DNA from: Ginglymostoma cirratum
Taxonomy: Eukaryota
Length of the DNA: 64,000 bases
Reading direction: 5' to 3'
Assembly: GCA_024137785.1 (NCBI GenBank)
Contig: JAHRHZ010000046.1
Span: 34,998,055-35,062,054, forward strand
Each line of letters starts with the position of its first letter. Position 1 is the first letter of the stretch. Under the pieces are notes generated by a model. The model worked only from the letters and a program-made list of their open reading frames with translations, searched no databases and was not told the origin of the DNA. Shown in pieces: positions 39,699-52,724 of this stretch. The translations under genes were made by a program, and so were the position numbers.

Positions 39699-39953
39699 AA
39701 TATCAATAGAACTGCAGATGCTGGAAGTCTGAAACAAAAACCAGAAATTGCTGGAGAAACTTAGCAAATCTGGCAGCATCTGGAGAAAGCAGAGTCAATG
39801 TTTTGGGTCCAGTGAGCCGCCTTCAGAGCTGGTCACTGGACTTGAAACATTGACTCTACTTTCTCTCCACAGATGCTCCCAGACCTGCAAAGTTTCTCCA
39901 GCAATTTCTGGTTTTTGTTTCAGACTTCCAGCATCTGCAGTTCTATTGATATT
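39699..39953. mobile_element. Complete foldback element (family B) with 64-bp perfect terminal inverted repeat
   Basis: 39699-39762 is the exact reverse complement of 39890-39953; the inner arms are imperfect. Confidence 0.9.
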
Positions 39954-40839
39954 GTTTCAACTCTCAGTGATTGATCGTCTCCTCCTAGGTTCTTTAGTGA
40001 GCAAGTTTGCAGGTCAACCAGTACCGTAGCCTGAAGTCTTGCTTCAGGTCCGCATGTTTTTTGATTATCAGGCTACTATATCTTCCACACGGGTTTGATT
40101 TGGTCCCAAATGTCTGTAGTCAAACCTTCAAGCCAAACAGATTCCATTGCACTTTCTTGTCCCTTTCTGTCCCTCCTCCACTGCTCCTCACTAAAGGATA
40201 CTCACGAGTCAGTGCCAAATCAATACGGATATTTTGTCAGGATGTAGAATTCAAAATGAATGAATGTAATATGATTACATTGGGAACTCTTTTAGATCAA
40301 ATCTTATCTGGAACATTTATAAAATGTGACAAGTCAAATTTATGCGTGAAGGTTCACCATGGGCTTTTGTAATAAGAAAAATGGTAGCGTGGAATCTGCT
40401 TTGATGCTTCTTGTATAACATTCTGTAATGTGTTAGAGGTTTAGAACTTGCCTTTTCATATCCATGTGAATCAGATGTTTACAACTCAGAGTTTAGCGTA
40501 CAGATGAATGGTGAAGACATGCATATCTATAACATGAGAGGCATGCTCCTAACCAACATAAAAATAAATGGAATACATACTTACTATTGCCCCCATTATC
40601 AACAGACAAGAAAATTTAAAACAAATAATCATTGTCCAATTGACTGAGCCTGTTGTCGGGTTATGTTTTGAACGCCCTGTAAAACGCTTGTCTCAGTTAC
40701 CATGGTGCTGGTTTGTTAGATGGAGTACATAGCCATGGCATATTCTGTGGAGGTACACACATTATGTTGAGAATGTCTATTCAGCATTTGGCTATAATTC
40801 GATTTATCTTTTAAATTTGCTTCTACATATTGTCTTGAC

Positions 40840-41720
40840 ATTGGAAAATGGCAAGACCACTGTTAATTCCAGGCCTCTTTCTAAGTCTCCATTTTGAAGT
40901 TCTTGTACCTTTTATTGTACAGCTATGGCACTTCTCTTTTGTCCATTAAACAACATTTTGTTGTTATAAAAAGTGATGTTTGTCATTTGATATCCTATTT
41001 GCAGAACCAATCCAAGTCTGTGGTAGACTGTTGCTGGCATAATCTATCCCACGTTATCATTGTGTTTCTTCAAACTTAATAAACTTATGTTTAGTCACTG
41101 TGTCCAAATCTTATGCAGTAAAGAAGCAATGGATTTTTGTTTGAGTGGACAGATGTTTATAGTACTATTGTACAGCTTCCTTTCTTATTCTGCACTTCTC
41201 ATTAGCACACTCGTTCACAATTCTTTTTATTACAATCTGCAGTGTACTCTGGTTCCCATGGCTATTGTTCATGGTTTTCTTTGAGATCTTGCTGAAGGCA
41301 TTCTGATAATACAAATAAACAATGTAAGAAGGATTACCACTATCTGGTACTTCGCTTCTCTTAAAATAAAGATACTGCATTTATTTCCTGTGAAAGGTTC
41401 CCACACCCAATGATTCTTTCATAACTATAGTCAATCTCCCAGGCATCCCAGGATGCATGACATTGATCCAATCTACTGTAACTTTTCCTCATCTTCTGCC
41501 TCTTTTCCTCATGGATTTTACAGAAGTTTCATTCATTTCATTCCTTCTATTTTGATTGACCTCATTGTTTGTTTATTTTGTAACTGCATTTTCAGCACAG
41601 AAACCTTTTTCTTTGATGCCTGTTTGTCTTCTACATTTATTCATACAGTTCAAGAAGTTTTCCATTTTCCTTAACTGATTTGTCTCTGAACAATACCAAT
41701 TAACCCAATAAATGCACTTT
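40840..41720 (-). mobile_element. Very degenerate CR1 RT remnant
   Basis: Reverse-strand IVYLYYQNAFSK (VYLDFQKAFDK-like; ORF 41165-41380) and other remnants. Confidence 0.55.
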
Positions 41721-42245
41721 GGTTAATCTTCCTTGTAGCTGAAGTTTGCATTCCTGAAATTCTTTTTTCCTGGTCCTCACTGATATAGCCCACATCTCTA
41801 ACGCCAGTAATCCCTATGTTGAATGCTGTGCAACTTTAAGGTTTAGGATTTGAGATCTTTATTATTCTGTGACATGTTTCAGTGGTGTCACTGCTGCAGG
41901 AGGAAAAAAAAAACAATAAAATGCAGTCTTTTAATTATCTTTTGCACCGTTGGGATTTTGCGTTGAAGGTGGCGTAGACAAAAAGATGACGACGATCGGC
42001 CTACCAAATTATACAGTATATCCTTATTATTGTTTCTGAATGCATTGGTTCAACTCATCACCTTTTGTGCTGGATGTAGACAAATCACAGATGGATTTAA
42101 GGTGCCTCCCCTGGAAGGGGCTCCAGTGAAAATGAATATCAGTGATTAAATTAGTTGACGGGTCACGTTTGACTTTTATAAGTGTCGTTACCAAAGCTAT
42201 CGCAGGTTCAGTATTTCTCTGGTTTAATTTTCCTTTTCTATTTAG

Positions 42246-42374
42246 CAGGCAGAATGGAGTGAGCCTTCAATCACTCTACGGCCTCCAAATGAAGCCACGT
42301 CATCTACGCCTGTACAGTATTGGCAACATCATCCTGAAAAACTGATCTTTCAGTCCTGTGACTATGAAGCATAT
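42246..42374 (+). CDS. ANKS1B: ANKS1B internal exon, start of PTB region ([43 protein letters not shown])
   Basis: Acceptor tttTAGCAG (NAGNAG, so the start is 42246 or 42249), GTAAGT donor at 42375. [13 protein letters not shown] motif of ANKS1 PTB domains. Confidence 0.94.
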
Positions 42375-42728
42375 GTAAGTATTTCTTAGATAATAGGAAT
42401 GGGAGGAGAGTAAACTGGGGTTAACACACTGCATAGTCCTCTGTACATGTATACTCTAATGCTTCCTTAGCAACACTGTCACCTACTTGAATTCAGCTTA
42501 GTTTTTTAATTTATTTTATTTCACATTGTTTGTCCTCGTTGTCCGTTTTTGGGACTGCTTGCTATTTTTTCTTCCAGGTAAATACTTAGGTTTTTATTGT
42601 CAAAATATTAATTTCGATAGCAGAAAGAAACTTTGGACCATTGTATTTGGAAGTATTTATTATGTATTTTCAGAATTCTCCTTCACCCCTACTAAAGACA
42701 AAAAATAACTTTCTTTTTTCGTGTTTAG

Positions 42729-42800
42729 TATTTAGGATCTATGCTGGTGAAGGAATTGCGAGGAACAGAGTCAACACAGGATGCCTGCTCTAAGATGCGG
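42729..42800 (+). CDS. ANKS1B: ANKS1B internal exon, PTB domain ([24 protein letters not shown])
   Basis: gtgtttag acceptor, GTACGT donor at 42801, 72 nt. YLGS PTB motif. Confidence 0.95.
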
Positions 42801-43914
42801 GTACGTTGTCTATTGCAAAGTTTTCGCTATGACATCTGTGCAGTACATTGTGTTAGTGGAACTGGAATGCCTTTGAACATTCATATCAGTGTGTACATTT
42901 AGACAAAGATTGTTTTAAAGCCCTGACAACCTAGAGGGAAAATGTACGAGCCATAAAGAAATTAAAATCCCAATTTTAAAAAAAGGGCTTGTAACATTGC
43001 TGCATCCATTGTGTCATCGCAGTGAACCCCATAATAGTGTACATATTCAAGAGTTGGTGTGTAAACATACCAATGATCTTATTAACGTAATCTGAGCCAC
43101 ACAAATTCCATAACCTACAATTTTGATTAGTGCCTCCTGTTCATTGAGGCTGAGACCAGGAACATCGCCAGATTGGGTCATCGTGGCTCTTTTCCATTAT
43201 ACAATACCTTATGCTCCATACTCAACTGAACAACTAACATGAATTATTAATATTTATTGTATAGAATCCTTCAATTATTCCAAACGGTTTTATAGTACAG
43301 ATGTGTTTTAGAACATTCCGGAATCTTTGAGAGTGGTGGTGAGAAGGAGTAATCACGTTTTTGAAGTGACTTGAAAACGTGTGTAAAGGACTGTGCCTTC
43401 TTAGCAGTACATTGGGGAGAATTGTCTGTCCTCTTGGTATTGGTGTTGTTTGGCTAGAAATATTACAACAACCTGCAGAATATAAATTAATTGATTTCTG
43501 CTCCAGACCAAAATAAGATTGAAGCTGTGAATACATTTAAAAGGACAGCCATGCTGCCTTGAGTCATGTTAACATCCATAACATTCACAGGGGTGGAAAG
43601 GATAATTTGCTGTCCGATGAGAATAAATAATTCTTAGAACTGAAGAAAACTGAGGATAATTAGAACACACAATGCACAACCAGAAACAGTCATATAAATA
43701 AAATCCCAAATAGCTTTTCAAAAGGAGTTGACTAACTATTTAAGTATGAATATTGTAGAGGTTTAGAGAAAAGAGCTGGTGTCATTGCTAACTTTTTCGG
43801 AAAGGCAGCATATATATTAAAGGTCCAATAGCCAAAATCTCTAAGAATGTAACTTATGTTCTGATGCCTGATTTGCAAATCTGATTGATACTTCCTTAAC
43901 TTTTCTGTACAAAC

Positions 43915-44045
43915 ATTTAAATTAGAAGCAGGAGTAGGCCATTCAACCCCTTTGAGCCCACTCTGCCATTTTTCCAAGATCATGGTTATAGTTTCAATCC
44001 AATTTGTCTCGCTATCTGGACATTCTTTGGAACCCCTCTCTAGAA
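43915..44045 (-). mobile_element. CR1 3' terminal fragment
   Basis: aaattagaagcaggagtaggccattcaacccctttgagcccactctgccattt. Confidence 0.7.
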
Positions 44046-44877
44046 ACTGTTCTGACACAATACCCTGTCAGTGAATACATGGTGTTGTCCATTTATTAGG
44101 AGACTTGAGGTGGATTTTACTGGCCTTGTGACAATGGGCGAGAACCCAGGGTGCCAGGAAACTGTCTTGGTAAGATTGAATCCTATCACCAGGGTGTTTT
44201 CTGAGAGACAGAACCCGCTGTGGGTTGAGGCTCGCTGCCTCAAGAGATGACATGGGGTGTAGATTTGAATAATCAAATGCCCGATTGCATGCTACTTTCC
44301 TGGGCCGCTAGGATTATACCAATCCCCGAGCAGCCCCTCATGAATTGGAATGGTGTAGTCATATGGAAGAAGCTTTCCCAGGGCATCATGGTTTCCCACA
44401 TTTACATTACAAAAAAAAAAGTATTTATGCTCACCCCTCTTAGAATGCCTATGTTTTGAGGCATATTCACGCTGTCCCCACTCCCTTGGCAGTGGCCACT
44501 TCTTTCGGTAATGCTGGTGCTCGGGTTTGACTGGTAGCGAGGAAGGACTGCCGACAGACTTTAATTAGCCACCTCTGCTGCTTGCCAGCTCATCATTACA
44601 TTCTCCTGGCAGCAGTGCAGGAGAAGTCTCACCTCTTATCCAACCTAGAAACTACCTCATAACCAACCACAGGACCTCATCTGTTTGGAACAATCTCACC
44701 TTTGTGGCTGAGCTTCTCGTTTTTTTTTGTTTGGAAATTTTCTGATTAACATTATGCGCCTTTTACTGTGCTGAGTTAAATAACTAGCATTGACTTTGCA
44801 AACATCAAAATTAGTCAGCCATCAATAGAGTTGCGGTCATTTTGTTCAAAGAATCAAAGTCTTCATTTTCAAATACT

Positions 44878-44960
44878 TTCTGAAGAAGGGTCACTGGACA
44901 TGAAACATTAATTCTGTTTTCTATCCACAGATGCTGAGTTTCTCCAGCAATTTTGTTTGT
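44878..44960 (+). mobile_element. Single arm of foldback family B with a CpG-decayed hammerhead core
   Basis: CTGAAGA-AGGGTCACTGGACAT-GAAACATT...ctatccacagatgctgagtttctccagcaa. Confidence 0.7.
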
Positions 44961-45064
44961 TCATTTTCACATATGCTTTCAGGATAGAGCTGTTAAATCT
45001 GATAAAACTGTTTTATGTTCCTAAAGTCATTATTTGGCAACTCGCCTCTCCTGTTTCCCTAAAG

Positions 45065-45148
45065 GCTTCAGAGCAAATGAAGAAGATTCCTACAATTATA
45101 CTTTCAATCTCGTACAAAGGTGTAAAGTTCATCGATGCTGCAAACAAG
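45065..45148 (+). CDS. ANKS1B: ANKS1B internal exon, PTB domain ([28 protein letters not shown]), GC donor
   Basis: ctgtttccctaaag acceptor. Homology ends at AAG|GCAAGT (45149), 84 nt. Lies within ORF 44957-45211. Confidence 0.92.
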
Positions 45149-46394
45149 GCAAGTGACTCCTTTTTCCTTCAGACATCAAAGGCTGATTTTTTTTCTAAAA
45201 AATTGAAATAAAACGCATTTTAATTCTTCTTAAAGGTAAGGGGACTACAGACTTTGGTACATTTGAGAACCCGAAGTCAGATATGCTTGAGACTGATACG
45301 AATCTCTTCTGCCAGCTCCAATGTTTCAAAGTGTGAATGAGTCTAGGATCCGTCCAATTTCTGCTGGGTACTAGACCACTTTGCAAAACTGTCTGTGCAC
45401 TAACCAAATTAGTACTGAGAGACAATAAGAACTCTGGAGAAGTTGCAAGGCCCCATTGACGTGGCCAAATAGGGTTGAGTTACACAATGGGAAAGTTTTC
45501 TGTCTGCAACATATGACAAATGTATTCAAAATATGTCTAAACAAATTTATTTCTTCAAAACATGTGCACCTCCTTGGAAATGTGATTCAGTGCCGCAAAG
45601 CAGTATTTTTACAGGGAAATATGTGACAACAAAGAAAGGGGAGTGGGTTTTTAAATATATGTAAAGCATGGGGGATAAAAAGTCTCAGCCATTCATGTCT
45701 GCACTTTCAGAGACCAGTTACCATCTGCTATGTTATGGATGTCACCCAACTCATTTAATCTTCTGAGGACAGATTCTTTAAAGATTCTCACTACGAGCTG
45801 GCAAAGAAGATAAATTAAACCCAGCTGGAGAATACCAGTCTATAACCTTACATGCTATATTGTTCACCATTCGCCAGTTTCTATCCTTGGACAGAGTAAT
45901 ACACGTATCTGGCGCTGTGGATTAAAGGAGGACGGTTATTGCTTAAAATCTTATGCCTTTCTTGAACGTTGTTAATTTCATTTCCTTGCCTGCTCCTCTT
46001 CATTCGCAGTTTACTTAGTTAACCCTCTTTAACCGACATTATCCATTTCTGCCAGCATTTTAGAAAAACAAATTACCAATTTGTATGTATTTCTGCTTTG
46101 GAAGTTCTGATAAGCTTTGTACCGTTAGTGCAAAGTCAATAATAGAATTCCTAATAACCTAAATATACCATTATTAATGGAGTATGTAAAGTTAAAAACA
46201 AAAGTACTTTTGTTATTTTTAGCTGATTCCTGACTGAATGTTTAGCAATTAAAATAATAGCTATGCTTTAACTGAACATTTCCATACCATTTCCTTTTCC
46301 ATTTATATGCAGTCAGGGTGTTTTTACCCATCAATGATTGGATTATGGTGAATTTCACATTCCACTTGGCCTAGCTTAAAAAAACATACCCTTA

Positions 46395-47185
46395 TCCTGT
46401 ACACAGTCACACCAAATCATGCAACCAGTTTGGTTAATAAATATCATGGAACATTTGTGCCACTCAGATCAGGGAATGACCACCCCCAGTAAGAGAGACT
46501 CTAGCCATTTCTCCTTGACATTCAGAGACATGGTCATCTCTGAATTCTCCTACTGTCAACATCCTGGTAATCCTGTCAAAAAACGTGACTGGATAAGCCA
46601 ATAAATAAGGTTGCTACTACAAGAGTACAGCAGAGCCTGGGAATTCTGCAATGTGCAGCCCATTTTCTGACTCTTCAATGTGTACCATATAAAAGGCACA
46701 AATCAGGAATCTGTTGGAATACTCCCCATCGCCTGGATGGGTTCAGCTCCAACAACACTCCAGAAGCTCGACAACATCTAAGCCAAAGCAGCCTGTTTGA
46801 TTGGAGTCCATTTCACTACCTTCAGCATGTCTTCCCTTCAGCAGTGGCATGTAGGAGCAGTAGTGCATCATCTATTAGAGGCAATGCTGCAACTCAATAG
46901 CACTTGCCACATACCTGCAGCTTCAACCCCAGAAATGAGCAAGGGAAGCAGATGTACGAAAACACCACAAACTGAAAATTCCCCTCCAAGCCACATATCA
47001 TTCTGACTGGGTACTATATTGCTGGTCCTTCGCTGTTGCTGGGTCAAAATCTTGGAACTCTCTTCAGAATAGCAGTTAAGGTGTACATACAACACCAGGG
47101 TTGCAGTGTTCAAGAATGGCCGCTCACCACCATCTTCCCAAGGGCAATTGGAGATGGACAGCAAATGTTGTCTTTGCCAGTATCC
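46395..47185 (+). mobile_element. Non-LTR retrotransposon 3' end (RT C-terminus; CR1/L2-group assignment tentative) sharing its tail with the SINE family
   Basis: KAQIRNLLEYSPSPGW...APTTLQKLDNI.AKAACLIG and SKSWNSL motifs. The tail gggcaattggagatggacagcaaatgttg resembles the SINE 3' end. Confidence 0.75.
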
Positions 47186-48775
47186 TTCAGCTTCCAATTT
47201 AAAAACCATCCTTAGCCACTTTACTCACTGCATCCAGATCTCTGTGCGTATCAGCAATCTCTGTTATGACTCTAATCTTATCACAGGATTCAATGCACTC
47301 AGAATATTTGAAAAAACATACATATCCATGCAACAATCAGTGTAAAGTGCATTAACAGTAGCAGAACGCTAAACTAGAAGTCGGAACGGCAATGTGGGGA
47401 GTCTAGTCATTCAGTAAAAGTTATAATGAGAAATTATAATATCCTTTAATACCATTTAACAATTCACTGCTTAAGAGTGGAAAGAAAAGATTGGTCTCAG
47501 TATCCTGGGAATTGAAATGGCCTAATTTCCTGGACCAGAATTTTCTGTCACTAAAACTTATGCAATCTGTAGGCGACCTGATGAGAATTTATTTTTCACT
47601 GGAGCTGTGGTTTTGAAAAGAAGTGATCTAATAGCAGAAAATAGTAAATTCAACAACGAAAGCATAAGCTCCGACGATCCTGCAAGTAGAGTTGTCAACT
47701 TTCCCAGGCTGGAGAACAAGCTAACATTAACTTGACAGCATTAACTTTTCTTGCACTGTGTAAGCTTTGTGAGGGTACTGTTTTATCAAAATAGTTTTTA
47801 AAGATAACCAGATTACACTGATTTGAAATGCCAGTTGAAAATAGCTGCAATTTATTTTCCTCCTAACGATGTAAGAAAACCAGGTATCACCTCAGGGCTC
47901 AGCTAAAAGCAAAAGAGAATTGACTTATGACAGCTGAGATTTAGATGTAAGTTATCACTTCAGAAAATCTGTTCTTCCTCTATTTATAACTGAACATCTG
48001 TCAAGCATCTTACTTAAACATGCCTTTATATTTCAGCTAAAGGCATTTAACATTTCCATTCAGTTTACAAGAACCTTAACCTTTTCTATGAAGCAACTGA
48101 CTCCATCTAGCTGACCTAAATTTCTGCCACCCAACTTTTTGAGCCCTTCCTTCAACTGATAGTTCACAGTTGCGTGTCTTATTATGGTTCAAATGTATTG
48201 CCAATGAATATTAACAGCTCACCATTCAGGCAACAACCTGTATAAATATATCACCCTTCAGGGATAAATTAGAGAACTTTTTGAATGAAATTTTCCAAAT
48301 GGGAAAAGGCCCTCAAAAATTTTGTGATTGGTTTCACAGAGGTTTCAGTTACTCAGTGTATGTAGAATTTTGAATGGTCATCTCTACTTGCCCATGGCAT
48401 TCTAACTTTATTCTGCTGTATGAATGTCCTAGTGAGTGAGCATTTGTCATTTGTTAACTGAAATTAATGCAGCCAGATAATGTTATCCAGGTCACGGGTA
48501 GTCATACAAGTAGAGGGGTGAAAGCAGTGTTTTGAAGCACGAAAACAGAATAACACACAGTCAGTGTGGACTCCTAACAACAGTTACACTTCCAAAGTCA
48601 GGTAGATCAGTGTTACTTTCCAGGACCTAAAAGCAGTTTCATGTCTTCCTATGTAATGATGAGCCTTGCTAATTATATGTCCTGAGCTTTGTACATATTA
48701 GTTCAGCCCTGCAAATGTCTTATTCTGGTATTTGTGAGCCTACTAATTTTAGTACATTCTTTTAACCATCTGCAG

Positions 48776-48913
48776 AATATCATCACAGAACATGAAATTC
48801 GGAACATTTCTTGCGCTGCTCAAGACCCTGAGGATCTTTCTACTTTTGCTTACATCACCAAAGACTTAAAGTCAAGTTACCACTACTGTCACGTATTCAG
48901 CGCGTTTGATGTG
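48776..48913 (+). CDS. ANKS1B: ANKS1B internal exon, PTB domain ([46 protein letters not shown])
   Basis: atctgcag acceptor, GTCAGT donor at 48914, 138 nt. Lies within ORF 48689-48949. Confidence 0.96.
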
Positions 48914-49414
48914 GTCAGTCTCTTGACATTTTTTTTTATTCTGAACTAGCAAAAGAATTTTTAGGTTTTTTTTGTTTCTTCTCCTTGGTTGGATTCTTCT
49001 TTGCTACTAAGCTGGGTGAAAAACAACTGACAATGTTTTCTATTTCAGCTTTTGTAGGTTATTAGATGGATCCATTTGCAAAGGATTGTGATTATCTGAG
49101 AGGTGTGCAAAAATTAGCCAACATATAGCCCATCTTCTTAAGCCTAGTGAATAAAGATAGTGTCTTGATATTGACGTACAAGCAACTAAAGCTTTGATAT
49201 GTGAGATCCGTCAGCATTGTTCACTGAAGACATTTGATATCATTTATTTTCAAAAGAATAGAACTAAATTGAAGTTGATACATTTGCTTTTTGCAGTGTA
49301 GAACATTTTTATTGTAGTTTGCAATGTAGATTTAAATCCTGGCAATTTACTAAATTACATTCTAGATTCTTTCAAACACAATATTAATGTAAAAGGGACA
49401 GTCGAATAACAGAA

Positions 49415-49862
49415 TTTTTACTAGGCTTGTAATCTGGAGGCCTCAGAAATATGAATCCAAATCCCATCACAGCTGCTGGAGGAATTTAAATTCAATTAAC
49501 TGATAGTTAGGAATCTCATGTTGGTCTCATTAATAATGATCATGAAGCAGTCGTTTTGTAGTAGAAATCCATCTGGTTCATTAATGTTCTTCAGAAGAGA
49601 AATGTGCCATCTTTATCCATTCTGGCCTACGTATGATTTCAGACCCTCAGCAATACCCTCTGACATGGTCTACAAAGCCATTCAAATTGTCTCAAATTGG
49701 CAGAGGAAAAATTTAATAAAAATCCCTCCTTAACAGAACAGTGGATGTACTGGCACCAAATGGACTGCAATGGCCAAAGAAGGCAGCTTACTGGCACTTT
49801 CTCAAAGATGAGTAATCTAGGTAACCTGTGCATCCCAAGAAGGAATGTAATAATAAATAAAT
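49415..49862 (+). mobile_element. Longer variant of the tRNA-derived SINE with an extended LINE-derived tail
   Basis: SINE body (ccatctggttcattaatgttcttcag...tctggcctac) followed by a segment homologous to 47050-47150. Confidence 0.7.
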
Positions 49863-49982
49863 AAACAAATGTGATAAAGACCGACTTATCACATCTGCCT
49901 CTGGTGACCAAGTGGATTACTTTAGAACTGTAGTGAACAACCGGGTATTTGATTTAGATAAAGCTGACAAAGTACACAGTCT

Positions 49983-50073
49983 GAGATAACAAGGTGTGGA
50001 GCTGGATGAACACAGCAGGCCAAGCAGCATCATAGGAGCAGGAAAGCTTGACGTTTCGGGCCTAGACCCTTCA
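49983..50073 (-). mobile_element. Single arm of foldback family A with a hammerhead core broken at CUGA
   Basis: Reverse strand reads ttgaatgaagggtctaggcccgaaacgtcaagctttcctgctcc... Confidence 0.85.
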
Positions 50074-50329
50074 TTCAATACGTGTCATCTATAACCAGTT
50101 GACCCTCAAATTCACATCTGTCCTACTTTATATTTTCAAGACGTATTTTATGACAATTGTAATTGTCCAAAAGCAATTCGATGAATGATTTTTTTTCATA
50201 ATTTTTACAATCAAAATAATATTTACTACTTAATAGTCACTTTTACATTGCAGGCTGGGTGAATTTAAGTGGATTGTGGTAGATCAGTAATGTTGAGAAG
50301 ATGTGAGTTGAGATCCCTCTGTGGATTGC

Positions 50330-50600
50330 GTTAATGTAAATTAATTTGGAATAAAAACCTACTATCACTAATGGCAGTCACGATTGTTGTAAAAAGCCAT
50401 CTGGTACACTCATGTCCTTTAGGGTGAAAAATAGCTTCTGTCCTTACGTGATCTGGCCTATGTGTGACTCCAAACCCAAAGCAATGTGTTTGACACTTAA
50501 GTGCCTTCTGAAATGGCCTTTTATTGAACTCTGCTTTTAAGGATGGGCAGTAAATGATAGTGTTGCCGGTGATGCCGACAGCCTTTGAACAAATGAATTT
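50330..50600 (+). mobile_element. Partial tRNA-derived SINE copy
   Basis: ccatctggtacactcatgtcctttaggg...tctggcctatgtgtgactccaaaccc...ggatgggcagtaaatg. Confidence 0.75.
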
Positions 50601-52724
50601 TGGAGGTTCATCTTTTTATACATTTGAGTCCACATAATATATAATCCCAAACATCATTTTTGTATGACCATTGGAATACTTATGCAAATATTTTCAGGAA
50701 TAGCTAGTATTCTGACCTGAGCATCTTTCCATAATGTGTCCATGGCTCTACTTCATTCAAAAGCATAACCATTCCCAGTGTTTGAGTCCTTTGTATGGCA
50801 GAGTTGTCATTAATATTAATAGAGGAGTCTGTTGTGTGCATGAGGCTTTAGACTCTGCAGAACTGATTAACTAAGACTGTTGTTGCTCAGGTACACAGTA
50901 ATGAAGTATAGTTGAGGCTACCTTCATTCCACTATGTCCTAAAATATAAATATTATTTAGTGTCATAGTGGCAAAAATTCTAGACTAGACAGGCAAGTAT
51001 CTTGAAGACAGTTAACTTGACTTCATAGCATGTGATGTTTTGGTATAAAGACCTTCCCATCAGTCACATTCTATATTCTGGAGTTACTGTAGTCAGTTGA
51101 TTATTTGTGTATGATATATACTAACATCAGTAAGCATAAAATACTGTAATTCTTTGATATTATAGCTTTATAAATAGTCATTGTAAATAAATGTCAAGAT
51201 ATCTGACACAGCAGAACCCAACATATCCATGATATGTGTTACACAGGCTAACATATAGACAACCATAAATGGCATCATGGTGACGCAAGTGAGCATTAAA
51301 AACTAGTTGTGACAGCCAGCTAGTGGCAGTATGTGGATTCTAAAGGCAGAAAAGGTCATAGCACAGTGGCAGATTTGAAGTGTTTTTCCTCGTAGTCATC
51401 AGTCCTCATCACCAACTGAATTGAGAGCTGAGGTTACAACTATAAACAAGACTAAGGTGCCAAAACCAAAATTAATGGCTAAAACCTGTACTGAAACACA
51501 ATGAATGTGCTACCTCTCTCTCTCTATTTTAAAAAAAAAAATGAACTAGAGGCTGCTGGAGACCCAACTTTTTTAAAAAATGCACTTTGAAGTGCTGATG
51601 GACAACCCCAAGCTAAGAAAATTAGGCCTGGAACAAAATATTGTGGGAAAACCATCACAGCATAAAGTGATTTTCCACATTGAAAATACTTACTTGTATC
51701 CAATATCAGTTGATGCCATCACTTTCACTTCCAGATTAGCTCCTTTTATTTTGAATAAAGCGTTTGTGATATCGTCACTCCATTTTTAATGCGAATACCA
51801 CAAATAGATAAAACCTATGACTATAGGCCTGCAATTTTGAAGGGATAGTAACACACAATATAAAAAATAGAAAATACAAAAGTACAGAAAAAACTGCACT
51901 GTAATACAAATTCCTATAATGGCATTTTAAAGAGCAAGAAGGAAACACATAGCAATGGATTGGCATTCTGTTGATATTCTGTCAGAACTTCAGTTGCTTA
52001 AATAGAGTGTCAATCTTTATGGATCAACTAATAAATTATACTGAATGACAGCCAGTCAAATTGCTACTTATTTTGGGGAGTGAAAGATCAATTAGAATAA
52101 AATCCTTCAGTATTTCTGATGATGACTGCAAAGATCCTGACCGTTTCTTTTGAGACCTTTGAAGATCACCTGAAAGATTGTGTCAGTTTCAGGATGCACA
52201 AGCTGAGTGTGTGTACTAATGCCGACAGTTACGTGAAACAGTTAATCAGTTGATAGGCAAGTGCCATGCAAAGCCACAGAAGCAGAGTTCACAGAAAATA
52301 ACTTAGTTGAAAGGCTTATGGCACTGGTTCTTGCCTCCAGAACTATTCAATCTACCAGGAACGCACTTTTGGACAAGCCCCAGAATTATACCATCAGTGC
52401 ACTGTTAGACTCTGCTCTTGTTGTATTATGGCATAGATTTCAGACCAGACAGGCTAGTATCTTTAAGACAATCATATGACATCATGACATCTGACTTCTG
52501 TAAAAGTACCCAGCTTGCCTTCAGCTGTTATGTATCTTGGATTCTAAGTAGTCGCTTGGTTATGTGTGTGTCATGTACAGTCACGTTAGTTAGCACAGAG
52601 CCCATAACTCTGTTTAAGTCTGTGATACTATCGCCTTGTAATTAGTTGGCATTGTAAATAAACTTGAAATCATCTGACTGTTTGATATATGTATCATGGG
52701 CTAACATACAATAAACAGGTTTGG

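Noticed and set aside
38981-42245. Search for the recalled mammalian alternative exon (SSVCEIWTNQ...) between the linker and PTB exons
   Set aside because: No matching segment found by eye. It may be absent or too diverged.
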